A stretch of 64,000 bases of DNA from Cyanophora paradoxa CCMP329 (Eukaryota > Plantae > Glaucophyta): assembly GCA_004431415.1 (NCBI GenBank), contig QPMI01000416.1, positions 310,001 to 374,000 on the forward strand. Direction: 5' to 3'. The position numbers and the translations under genes are program-made. The notes beneath the pieces were generated by a model, which worked only from the letters and a program-made list of their open reading frames with translations, ran no database searches and was not told where the DNA came from. Below are positions 21,001 through 33,000 of the stretch, in pieces (positions within the stretch are counted from its first letter, which is position 1; each line of letters begins with the position of its first letter).

Positions 21001-24000
21001 ACTTCGAATTCTTCTATAGCTATGTCGTCCGAGCTTTCGTTGGCGGTCTGGCCCTCCGCTGCAGCTTCGGAGACGATCGCGATCCGCCCGTCACCTTTGC
21101 CGTCATCAATATTAATGAGGGGCTTCATTTCGTCGCCATCCGCGTCCGACGCCGATTTCTTGGAGAACACCGAAGCGTGGGGAGCAGGGGGCTGCGTTGG
21201 CGGCGACTGCTCCTGCTGTTGGTGGTATTTGAGCGGTGCAGCTGAAGATGCGGGTCGCGACTGTTCACGCATATGCTCGCGAATTTGCTCTGGACTTGTC
21301 TCTTTCAGAGTGTGCATGATGCGATTGGCGTCTTGAATTAGCGTCTTGCTAACGCTCGACAAGCCCCTGGAAATTTAACGCGTATGATGATCAGGCGAAG
21401 AAGAACTCGAAGAAGCGAGCACATTAATATATAATTATAAAATTTAAAAAAACGACTTGCTTGTACGCGACGGAAGTGATGATGCAGAACATGATGAGGG
21501 CCAGAATGGCGGTGAGAGCCAGTAAAGTGCTGAAGACGTATGTCTCATTAGAAACCGTCGACAGGGGCACAGGACGCCAGACCGCCTCCACAGTCTCCCG
21601 TGTCCCCTCGTTTCGCACGGTCTGTGTCTCCAGCTGGCGGTTGGGCGGGGTGTAAATGAACCAGTTTCGCGGATTTCCGAGTGCCTGAAAAGGATATATA
21701 TAGTGCAAATATCAGCTTATCATGACAGGGAGCGGTTTTTCTTTAAAATTTAGATGCGCACATTTACGAGGAGCCGAAATAGACCAGACGTTCCTGGATT
21801 GTTAACATCGGTGTAGGTTGGCGACTTCCACGCCCAAGTCGGGCAAGGGGGTGACAGCGTGACCGGGAGCCGAAGCCGTGTCGGAAACAGCAAGCCACCA
21901 GTCATCAGAACAAGGTACTCCGGTCTGATAAGCTACGACGTGCACGTTTAAGGATATCGATTGTGCTTCCACAAAGCGCGATCAGATTCCAGATCTCAGT
22001 CGCGCTCACCTCGTACATGATGTTGCTGACCATCAACCACTGGCCCTCGTTCTGCGCCTGGTCCCTGTTAATGAAGTGGACGTAGTCCGCCGGCAAGGTG
22101 AACTGCGTGGGGGATTCCCGGTAGAATTCCTGCCGGAGCGACTCAAGCTGAGAGTCCGTCAAGGCGAGGCCGGTTGGAAGGCTGTTGGCGCCGTCAACGA
22201 GGTTCCGTCTGATGACAAACGGCACCGCTGAATTCTGCGATTGAAATCGAATGGAGGCGAGAGTTGCAATATCGATCAGAGATAAATGAGTACCTGCAGC
22301 TGAAACAGATCTCCTACGTACGCGCTGCGAGAAGTGGCGTCGTACTTCAGCCGAGCCTCGAGCTGCACGAACGCAACGTCCGTTTCGAGCTCGATCTGCG
22401 TGCTGGCTGCGGCGACCGCTGTAGTCACGGTTGCGTTCTTTACGTCGAAACAGAGGGCGAAGTTGGTGTTGTTCCGCATTGAAGGGAGAATGCCGGCACA
22501 CAAGAGCGTGAGCGTTCCGAGAAAATCCGTCCGGCGAGTCACAACCTCCGCAACAGTGGACTCCAGGCGCGTGCAGTTCGACTGTCCAATGGCCCACAGT
22601 CCGGGACGGATCGAAGACTTGTGTTCCACGCGGTCTGCAAAGAAGCAGGTCCCGCCTCCTTGTGGGGCTGAAAAGCCGAGGTTGTTGTTGGAGATGACGG
22701 CGCAGTAGGGTTCGGGCTGCCAGAGATGGAAGCGGCCAGAGCTGAGCCTTGCGGTCGTTCTTGCCAAAGGAGCCGTCGTTGTCACCGAGATCTGACTCCG
22801 TCCTTTGTCGACGACGCTTAGCTCCGAAGCGTTGTAGCAGCCAAGGGTCACGTGGAGGTCGGGACCTGGAAATTGAGTCACGCGTGAGAAGGTCACGCGT
22901 ATAAATGCATATGGTTGGATGCTGCAGATTGCAGCCACCTTGCAGAGTGAGCCCCGAATCTTCATAGAACTGCATTGACCTGGCACCGGACATGCACGCG
23001 TCTCCTTCCTGAAGCACTGAAGTCCCCGGTAGCCCCGTGCGGTCGCCCAGGCTTGGATCCGAGATAATGGAAATCGATGGGAACGCCCCGTCGGCCGTGA
23101 TGCTGATGCGACATCCCCACTCGGAGAAATCGCTGGGCCCTGTTAAATCCTTCTTGTTCTTCTTGCGACTATTCTGTACAAGTGTAAACAGGTATTTGAG
23201 AGGAGGGCCGAACAAGAAAAGGAGTAATTATCGGGCCGTAGAAGCTTTAAGCGCATACCTTGACGAGGAAAGTGTTATCGCCCCTCGCGTATGATCCGAA
23301 AGACATCACTTCTTTGATGGGCCACTGTCCTGTGTGGTATTCTGCACACACTCTGACCTTCGAAGCCCGGCCGAGCAGAGGATTCCAAGGCTGCTTCTTG
23401 AATGTGATCTGGCAGTTGTCCGATTGGACAGTGATTCGACGGGAAACATCCACGTTCTCGCAGAATTCGGGCTTTCCGGTCTCATTGATCGCGGAGATAA
23501 CATACAGCTGCGAACTCGAATCACACATCACTTTGAACATGTTGTGATTACCTATACTGGATAATAGTGGATATGGCGCGATTAATATTGCGCATGCGCA
23601 TGCGAAGGGCTAGGCTTACAACCAGAATGGCTGTAATCACTGCGCTCACAGGCAAAATCATTGAATATTAATGGGGCTCGTCAGTGATCATGGAATAAAC
23701 ATATGCATGTATAGCTAAAAGCTATAGGGAGCTCGAGCGAACCGGCCGCAACGATTCTCCGGGGCTCGCCGAATCGAGTGAGCAGGTCCTTGTCCAAGGT
23801 CCGTAAGAGCACATCTGATCGCTGGCTGTAGATCTCCTCCCGTTCTCGCAGGTATTCGAGCAGTTCTGCGATTGATATACACACGTAAGATGCCCACACT
23901 GACATATGCATGCGCAGTTTAATCCAACTTGCGCGCATGCGCAGTTAACGTTACCTTCTGTGATCTCCGGCTGCTTAAGCTTGCTCGTCCGCGCCGGCGC

Positions 24001-24234
24001 AGCTGGTCGCGAGCTGACGGCGCCGGCAAGCTTGCTCGAGCTCGGCGTGTCAGATGCTTTCGTTTGGTCAGTGTGCGGCTCCTGGTCGGTCGCAAGCCAT
24101 GCTGCAGCTGGAGCGACCAGCCTCATCGATCGGGCACTTACACCAGCTGGCGGCGGGCGCACACGCATGCTTTCGGATCCGCCCACAGCTAGATCAAGAG
24201 GCGCAGGCGTTGCATGTGTAGCGGCAGGCGGCAT
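18050..24234 (-). CDS. Large multi-exon uncharacterised membrane protein (one gene or possibly two; limits approximate)
   Basis: Co-oriented ORF pieces 23722-24234, 23247-23540, 21905-23215, 21424-21708, 20043-21362, 19732-19995, 18934-19278 and 18525-19028, separated by short intron-like gaps. Several hydrophobic helices (STLLALTAILALIMFCII, FALHLCVIVIPTLPVLV, FVFSVALSFWVIFAIASLV). Confidence 0.55.
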
Positions 24235-24546
24235 TGATGCTGCTTTCGCGGGCGAATTTGAAGATATCGATTCTGATCAGGGCCGGCCGCCGGCCGGGGG
24301 ATATCTTTCCCTCGTGGCCTCGCTGCGCGCGCGAACGTATCCAGCACCGGCCTAGGGACTGCGCGCGATCCGATGATCGAGCTCGAGGCATCGACGGTAC
24401 TGCATCACAGACTCACAGTAGCAGTATACGTAGCAGATTCACAGGTACTGTGACGTCGACACTGTCACTGACTCACTGTGGCAGTACTAGTAGCAGCTCA
24501 TGATCCGATGATCACTGACTCGATTCTGAGTCATGATCAGCGGCTA

Positions 24547-24806
24547 CCGTAGACGACTTAAATACCGCGCCACATATTACCGCGTTCTAAAATTTCGGCG
24601 CCGGTAGGCGCTTTAGCGCGGCATCAAATTAGCGCGTTTTCATCAATTTGGGGTACGGCCCATAATACAAAAGTGTTATAATTAGCAAATCTAAGCAAAT
24701 TAAAAGACAATTACCGCGCTACCAAATTACCGCGTTATAAACATTTTGAGCGCGGTAATTTGGTAGCGCAGTAGTTAAGTCAGCGCGGTATATAAGTCGT
24801 CTACGG
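24547..24806. mobile_element. Tc1/mariner-pogo type MITE, 260 bp, TA target duplication
   Basis: TA|CCGTAGACGACTTAAATACCGCGC ... GCGCGGTATATAAGTCGTCTACGG|TA, with internal TACCGCG repeats. Confidence 0.9.
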
Positions 24807-24953
24807 TACTACGTATACGCCGGGCCGTCGACGTCGCCGGCTAGGCAGTGGTACTTACGTTAGTGCACGTGGTTGGCTGTAGTAGCAATAGGCAGTGTAT
24901 TAGGCACTACTCAGTGATTATAGCTAGGCACTGTAGTAAGCAGTGGACCAGTG

Positions 24954-25196
24954 CTGTAGATCCACAAATTAAGTTAGGCGTCGCTTTTCATAGACAAACT
25001 TTGCCCATCCGTCGTGATAGACGTTCACAAAGATAGACGCCGTGACGAGCTGCGGGTCGCTCCATACAAGCGTTACTAGTACTATGGCATACCCCCTTCA
25101 GGGACAGTTAGACGAGGATTAAGTTAGACGAATGGGTGAACTCGTCTATCCGCGCCTAACTTTGTCGGCGCCTAACTTTAATTTGTGGATTCACAG
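24954..25196. mobile_element. MITE with ~28-bp imperfect TIRs and possible 2-bp TG duplication
   Basis: CTGTAGATCCACAAATTAAGTTAGGCG ... CGCCTAACTTTAATTTGTGGATTCACAG. TG flanks both sides, and there are internal TAGACG/TAGGCG repeats. Confidence 0.8.
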
Positions 25197-26104
25197 TGGT
25201 AGCCAGCCCTGAGTGTACTAGCCACTGGTAGGCAGTATATAGTACCGTAGTACTAGGCACACTACTAGCTATAGGCAGTGTACATGTACTAGGCACTGCA
25301 TGCGCGGAGGCTGTGCACTCAGTCACTGCACTGTGCACTCTGCCACGGTCACGGGTGGCAGGCACTGGCAGCGGCCGGGCGCGGCGCCGGCAGGCTCGCC
25401 CGGGCACCGGCGGGCAGCCACTGGGCCACAACTTGCCAAGTTAACTTAGTAACGACGAGTCGACGACAACTTAACGTTGGCCCATAAGCTAGCTACTAGC
25501 CTAGTAGGCTACCAGGGTATACTGTAAATCAACTGCCCATTAACACTAAATCAAAACTGTGACAGCCCTCCGTAGATTTAGATTTAGAAAATCACGAAAA
25601 TAATTAAAGGAGATCATGCCATGATGATTCATGATCAGAACTTTGTCGAGGGCCCGAGGCTAATAATAAGAACTGTTGAGTTCAGAATAAAACTATCATT
25701 TGGGGTATTACTAAAACTATAAGTGCCCACTTGCTGAAAATCGACAAGACACTTTCCGAATCGGCGAATTGCATGCATTCAATGCCATGATGATTCCAGC
25801 GGAATCCAGCCGGCTTGAATCGGAAGATTCGGAAGATTGAATCGTTTCGGAAACATGAATCGCAAAGAATCGGTCGGTTCGTTTATAAATGCGGGAGGTC
25901 CGAACCGTTGAACTGTGAGCAGGAAGTTCCAGCCAGCAACTTCCAGGAACTCCAACTTACCGGCTACCGCCGAGTTACCGCCGAGTCGGCGCCGACTTAC
26001 CGGTAGTCTCCATTGACTCTCCAAGGCTCCGAAGTTACAGAGAGTCCGAACTAGTACTCATGATCGGATCACTGCCATCCGATTCACTGGCTCGTGCCAG
26101 CCTC

Positions 26105-26349
26105 GTGGGCCGTGGCTTAAGCCACATAGGAACTTAGTAGGACGTTTTAGTAGGAACGTTAACACTGTCCGAAGTGACTCCGAACACATGCGCGATTTAC
26201 TGGTCGTTTCGGTTTACGTTGTTGAGGCCCCACTTGAGGGATATGGATCTTTTACAATTGGTTACCATGAACCTACCAATACTAATGGGCCAACACGAAA
26301 ACAATTTTGAGAAACCCTCATATGCATGGCCATTGGCCACGGCCCACGG
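26105..26349. mobile_element. Possible degenerate MITE
   Basis: CGTGGGCCGTGGC ... GCCACGGCCCACG inverted ends around an AT-richer core. TSD not established. Confidence 0.35.
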
Positions 26350-26877
26350 GCCACGGCCCACGGGCCACGGGGCCCCAGTGCCGCCCCACCACGTCCCTCC
26401 CTGCACGTATGATGCTGTATCATAGTATGAACTTCTGAACTTCCAAGTTTCTAGCTGCCTCCGAGGCTCAGCCTGCCTGGCCGGGCTGGCCCTGCTATCT
26501 GCCGCAATGCAGCTGCATGCGCACCTGTGCACCTGCGTCGGCTATGGTTAGGATGAGGGTCGATGTCGATCTACTGAACGTTGCAGCTATCAATATTGGC
26601 ATAGAAAACGAATTCCGCCCTCACTCAACTGCCCTCACGCGTTTGGTTCGCAAGCATTGCATTCATAAGAGCCTGGAGGCCCGGGTCACTAAGTACAAAA
26701 GCAAATACCGGGGGTACACACGAAAAAGCTCTGCTCCTGAGGGGCGGGAAGAGTGGGGATCGGGGGCAAAACGCGCGCATCGACGAGGGAAAGCGGGCCG
26801 AGGAAAAAGAAGAGGAGGTAGAGGGGCGAGGGCGGGTAGCCGTGAGGGTAGGGACGGAGGGGTACGGGGGTACAACG

Positions 26878-28179
26878 CTACTTCGGGGGGTTCCGGACGC
26901 GGAGGCCGAGCCCGAGGCGGCGGAGGGCCTCGGGGGAGGGGTCCATGAATTCCGAGGGGGTAGCGGGGCCCGAGCCGGCCGGCTTGGAGCCGCCGCCGGC
27001 CCCGGAGCCGCTACCCGTCCGCTTGAGCTCCCCCTCCTCCTTCTTCTTGTGGCTACCCCCCTCCTTGGGGGTACCCGCCACCTTGCCCTTGTCGCCGCTG
27101 GCGCCGCCGCTGACGGCGCCGCCGCCGCCGGCCTTGTGCGAGTGCTGCGCCGAGGCGGGCCCGGGGCCCCTGGCGCTGCCTCCGGGACCCGAGCCGCCGC
27201 CGGCGCCGCCGACGCCGCCGGGCGTCCGCGCCGGCGGCGGGGCGCCCTTCTCGAGCTTGACGGCCACCCTGCCCTCGCTGCCGGCCGAGGGCCGACGCTC
27301 CCTCCGAGGCGGCGCGTCCATATCGACGTCCGACTCCGTCGCCGCGCTGTCCGAGGCGGCGGCCGCTGCGGCCGCCGCCGCCGCTGCCGCCGCCGCCGCG
27401 GCCTTCTTGGGCGGGGGCGGCGCCGGCGGCTTCGTTCGGTACGCCGCCGAGCGGATCGGGATCACGACGCCTTGCTCCCTGCACCCGAGGATCAGCTGCA
27501 GGCCGGCCGGGCGGGCGCCGTACCCCCTCCCCGGGGCTCCGAGAAGGAGGAGGGGGGTACGCACGTGAGGAACGTGACGGCGCGGCGGGCGGCGCGCCAC
27601 GCGGCCTCGAGGGACGTGGCGGAGCCTGCGGAGACGGCGGGATCGTTGTACCCCAGCCGGGGCGACCCCTCGCCCCCCTCGAAGAGCGCCTGGTACCAGC
27701 CCTCGCCCGCGTAGTCTGCGGGGGCGGGCGACCGGGCGAGCGAGCGGTCAATCTCAGATAAGGAGCGAGAAGAAGGGAGGGGAGGGCGGGGCGGGCGGAC
27801 CGGCGGCGGGGCGGTAGAGCTCGGAGGCGGAGGGGGCGTGGCGGCCGCGGAGGGTGAGGATGAGGCGGTCGCGCGAGCGGGCCGCCTCGGCGCCCGTGAC
27901 CGCCTTGCAGCGGACCGTGACGCCCCGCCAGTGCAGCGTCGCCTCGTAGAGCCCGTTGGGCAGCGTCGCGAGGCCGGGCGCCATCGGGCGGCCGGCCTCG
28001 TCGGCCGCCGGCTCCCGCCGGGGCGAGGGCGGGGGCGAGCTCGCGGGGCTCGGGAGCTCGCCGGCGATGGGCTCCGCGGCGGCCGCCGGCATGCGCCCTG
28101 CGCGCTCGCCGAGGCGAGCTCGATGAGGGCCACGGTGTCGGCCACCTGCGGCGAGCGCGGCCGCGCCTTCTTCGCCCGC

Positions 28180-28215
<36 letters not shown>

Positions 28216-30019
28216 ATGCGGCCGCCGCGGAGACGACGCCGCCAGAGGCGCCGGCCCGCCCAGCGCCGCCCGCAGCGCGCCGGCGTCGACCGCCGGCGGG
28301 CGGAGGGCGGCGGCGGAGGCGGAGGAGACTCCCGAGCGGCCAGCGCCGGCCGAGGAGGAGGAGGACGGGGGCGGTCCGAGCGGGAGCACGGCCCGCGCGG
28401 GGACTGGGAGGGGGCCGAGGCCGAGGCCCTGCGGGCCGCGGCCGCTGCTCCCCGGCGGGGCCGAGGGCCCGCGGCCGTAGGGGTCTTGGCGGGTCGTGCC
28501 GAGGGCGGGGCGGAGGAGGGGCCGGCCCCCGCCGGGGAGAGGGCCGGGAGGGCAGGTGACGAGGCGGGAGGGGCCCGCCCCGGGCCGGGGGCCGCGCCGG
28601 CGCCGGCGCCGGCCGGGGCCCGGCCGGAGGAGGCGGGGAGGGGTACGGGCTCCGCGTCCTCCTCCTCCTCGTCGGCCCGCCGCGGCCGCGGGCGCTGCCA
28701 GAGCGCTCGCCGTCGCCGCGGGCGCTCGAGTTGCCGCCGCGGGGCCCGCCGCGCGCGCGCTGCCGGCGGCGCCGGATGGGGATCGCGCTGTACTTCTCCA
28801 TGAAGGCCAGCGCCCGCTCCTTGGCCCGGTTCGTCGCCGCCATGTCCTGCCCGCCGTACCCCTCCGGGTCCCGCCAGCCCAGCACCGGCGCGCTCCCGTC
28901 CGCCGCGAACAGCACCTCGTACCACATCTGCGCGCGCGAGCGAGCGTACCCCCAGGTCAGCGAAGGAGGAGAAGAAGGGCGGAGGAGGGAAGTGACCTCG
29001 GCCTGGTAGTCGGCGAGGGGGCAGTTGAGGCCGGAGTTCGTGGCGTCGGGGAGGCCCCAGAGGCCGATGAGGAGGCGGTCGTAGATGCGCGCCGCGTCCG
29101 CCGGCGTCCGCACGGTCGGGCTGTAGATCGACGTGCCCCGCCAGTCCACGCGTGCACGGAAGCCCGTCCCGTTGCGGAAGACGCCCTTCGGCAGCGGCTC
29201 CGGCGTCCGCAGGTCCCTCCGGATCCGCTTCCGCGGCCGCCGCGGCCGCCCCGAGCCGCCGGCGCTGCCGCTCCCCGCCGGCCCCGCGTTCTCGTCGTCT
29301 GTGGGCGCGCGTGCGGGTCAGACGGGCCTCGGGAAGGATAGGCGAGGCGGGGCGCCGCACCGGTGTAGTCGCCGTCGCTGCCGCTGCCGTCGCCGTCGTC
29401 GCTGTAGTCGCCGTCGCCGCTGGGGCTCTGCCACGAGGGCGGCCGGGCGCTCCCCGGCGGCTCCGAGCGCCGCGCGCTTGCCGGCGTCCCCGCAGCCGAC
29501 GAGCGCATCGAGAAGAGCGACTCGGCGATGGTGACCGGGTCGAACTCGCCCGTGCGCGGCCGCGTCGGCTGCTGCTCCGGCGTCGCCCCCGGCTCGCCCC
29601 CGATCGTCAGCGTCAGCGGCGTCTCGACCGGCCGCCGCGCCCGCACGCCCCGCCGGGGCGCCCCGCGCTGCCGCTGCCGCCCGGCGCGGCCCCGCCGGCG
29701 CCGGCGCCGGCGCCGGCCGCCCGCTGCTGGAGCGCGGCGTCCGGGCTGCGGAGCGCCCCGAGGGGACGGCGCAGGCGAGAAGCGGCCGGCGGCCGCCGCC
29801 GCGGGGCTCCGGACGGGCGCGGCGGGGCCGGCGGCGCCGCCCGGGACGTCGAGGGCGGCGAGGGCCGAGTGGGAGGATGAGGCGGAGAGGGAGCCGCGCT
29901 GCGGGGGCGAGCCCGGCGGCTCCGCCTTGACCGACACCGCCGCCTCGGCCCGGATCGCCGCCAGCTGCTCGTCCCGCTCACGTACCCGTCCTCCTCCCGC
30001 CACGGCCGCCCGCGGCGGT

Positions 30020-30052
<33 letters not shown>

Positions 30053-33000
30053 GTCTCCCGCGGCAGGGGCGGCCGCCGGCGGGGGCGCCACAAGCCCGTG
30101 GGAGCCGGAGCCGCGGCGGGGGACGAGGGGCGGGATGGCCGAGTGGGCGTTGAGGAATGCGCGGGCCTTCTGCACCGCCGCTTCCACCGCCTCGCGCGGC
30201 GCCCCGCGGAAGGCGAGCGGGTCCCGAAAGCCAACCTCGGGCGGGTCCGACCCCTCGGGGGGGTACAGCGCCTTGTAGAACCGCTGCCCCGCGTACGCTG
30301 CGCGGCCGGCGGGCGGTCGGAGGGCGCGGCGGGCGGCGCGGAGGCGGGTACAACGCACTGGAGACGGGGAAGTTGAGCTTGCCCTCGCAGCCGTCCGCGC
30401 CGAAGAGCGTGATCGCCACGCGGTCGTGGCAGCGTGCCGCGATCTGAGCGCGCGGGCGAGCGAACGAAGCTCAGACGAAGCCGGCTAAAAATAGAAAGGA
30501 AGGCGGGAAAAGGGGACCTCGGCGGAGTTGACGACGGGGACGTGGAGGGAGCTGCCGAGCCACGCGACGTGCGCGTTGAACTTGTGCCCGTTGGACGAGA
30601 CGCCCCGCCACCGCTTCTTCTGCGCGAGAAGCTTAGAAGAGCTTAAAAGAACGAACTCAAAACAGCTCAAGGGAAGCTAAGAAGCATAAAAGGACAGGCT
30701 CAAGATAGCTTAAGGGAAGCTTCGAAGCTTGCAGAACAAACAGGCTTAAGAGAGAGAAGCTTGGGAAGCGCCCGAGGCTGAGGAGGGGGCGCCGGACCTC
30801 GTCGCGCGGCTGCTTCGCGTCGCGCCCGCGCCGCTCGGCCCGCTCCTCGCCTCCCGCCGCCGCCGCAGCTGCTGCTGCTGCCGCCGCCGCCGCCTCGCCC
30901 GCCGCCGCCGCCTCGCCCGCCGCCGCCGCCTCGCCCTCGCCCTCAGCCTCGGCGCCCGACTCGCCGCCGCTCGCCGCCCGCGCTCCAACGCCTCGCCCCG
31001 CGCGCCCTCGCCTCCTCCCCGCCTCGCCGCCCTCGCTCCGGGCCTCGCCCCCCGCCGGCGCCGGCGGCCGCCGCGGGGCGGGCGGCTTGCGCGGCTGGGA
31101 CGGGCTCAGCGTCGACGAAGACCCCTCGAACCCGCCGTTGTCCACAAGGAACTGCAGCGCCCGCGTCCCGACCTGCCGCCGGCCCGCGCCGTCAGCCCCA
31201 GGCCGGGGTACAGCCCGAGGGCGGCGGGGGGGGGGGGTAGGCCCACCTCGACGGCGCGGCCGGCGTCGTCGACTTCGGGGTCCCGGAATCCGACGGGGGG
31301 GTACGCCTCGCCCTCCTCCGCCGGCGGCCCGAAGACCCGCTTGTACCACGGCTCCCCGGAGTAGTCTGCCGCGGCGGGGCCAGCGTGAGCGAGGGGCGCG
31401 GGGAGCGCCGCCAGCCGGGGCGGGGCGGGGCGGGGCGGGGCCGGACCGGAGGAAGGGAAGTTGAGGCTCTCGCGGGCGCGATCGAGGCCGCGCATGACTA
31501 GGAGGATGCGGTCGTAGTAGCGGGCGGCCGTCTGGCGGCTCCCCGTCTTGGGGGCGTACACAACCTCCTGGTGCAGGGGGTAGATGGCGTAGAAGCGGCC
31601 CCCGACCTCCTTGATTCCCCGCAGCTTCGAGCGCGACCCGGCGCCCGCCGGGCGCCGCCGCGGGCTCGCCGCCGCTCCCGACGCCTCCTCCCCGTCGCCC
31701 TCCCCCGCGGCGCCCTCGTCCTCGGCGGCGCCGGACGCGGCCGGGGCGCCGCCGGACCCCTCCTCGTCCTCGTCGCCAGCCTCCTCGTCCCGCGCGCTGC
31801 GGCCGCGCTCCTTGCGGCTCTTGGGCGCCTGCGGCTCGTCGGCCTCCTCGCCGGCCGAGGGCAGGGGCGGGATCTGGCTGTTCGCCGGCCAGCCGCCCTC
31901 GTCGGCGAGCCGCCGCAGCGCGCGCCGCGCCGCCGCCCGCAGCTCCTCCTGCGTCGCATCGGCGTCCTCGGCCACGGGGTCGCGCCACCCGACCGGCTCG
32001 CCCTCGCCGTCCGCGGGGTCCACCAGGCGAACGTAGAAGGCCTCCGCCTCGTAGTCCGCCCGCGGGAAGTTGAGCGGCGTCTCCTTGTCGGCGTCGGGGC
32101 CCTTGAGGACGAGCGAGAGGCGGTCGAAGGAGCGCGCGGCCTCCGTCTCGTCGTCCACGGGCGGCGCGTTGATGCGCGTGCCCAGCCACGGCACCTGGAT
32201 GCGCCACCGGCTCCGGTTCCGCGACACGCCGCGGTACCCGAACGACGAGGAGCCGCGGGCCTTGGCGCGCACGGGCGGCGCCGGCGCCGGCTGCGCCTCC
32301 CCGTCGGCCGCCGAGTCCGCCCCGCCGGCCTCGGGGGGGAAGAACGAGGGGCCCCGGGACGGGAGCCCCTCGCCCCCCTCCGAGGGCCCCGCCCCGTCCT
32401 CCGCGTCGCCCGCCCCGTCCTCGGCGCCGCGCCGGGAGCGCCGCAGCTGCCGCCGGAAGGGCGCCAGCATCGCCGCCTCCAGCGCCGCCTCCCGCTCCTT
32501 GGCGTCCGGCGAGCCGCCGGCCGCCGGCGTCGCCGCCGCCGACGGAGCCGCGCTCTCGCCGGCCGCAGCCGCCGGCCGCGCCCGCTTCTCGGGCGGGGCC
32601 CCCGTGCTGCCGCCGCTGGGACGGCTCGAGGCCGGCCGCTTGCTGCTGCCGCCCTTCTTCTTCCCCGCGCCGCTCTCCTCCTCCGCGTCGTTCGCCTCGA
32701 CCGCCTCCGCGACCGCTGCCCCGAAAGCGTCAGAAGCGGCGGGCGCGAACGAAGCGAGGGGGCGAGGCCGGCGGGCGGACCGCGCATGAGCTTGGGGATC
32801 ATCTTGACCTTGGCGGACTTGCCGGCGCGAACGGCCTGGCCCGAGACGGTCTGGAAGAGGGCGAAGATGTGCTGCTGGGAGAGGTCGATCAGGTCCTCGT
32901 CCGTGCAGTCCCGCAGCAGGCGCAGCATCTCCGCCCGCCCCGTGCCCCGCGTGATCGCCGTCGCGATCGCGCGCCCCAGCTCCGTCGCCGGCTCCACGCG

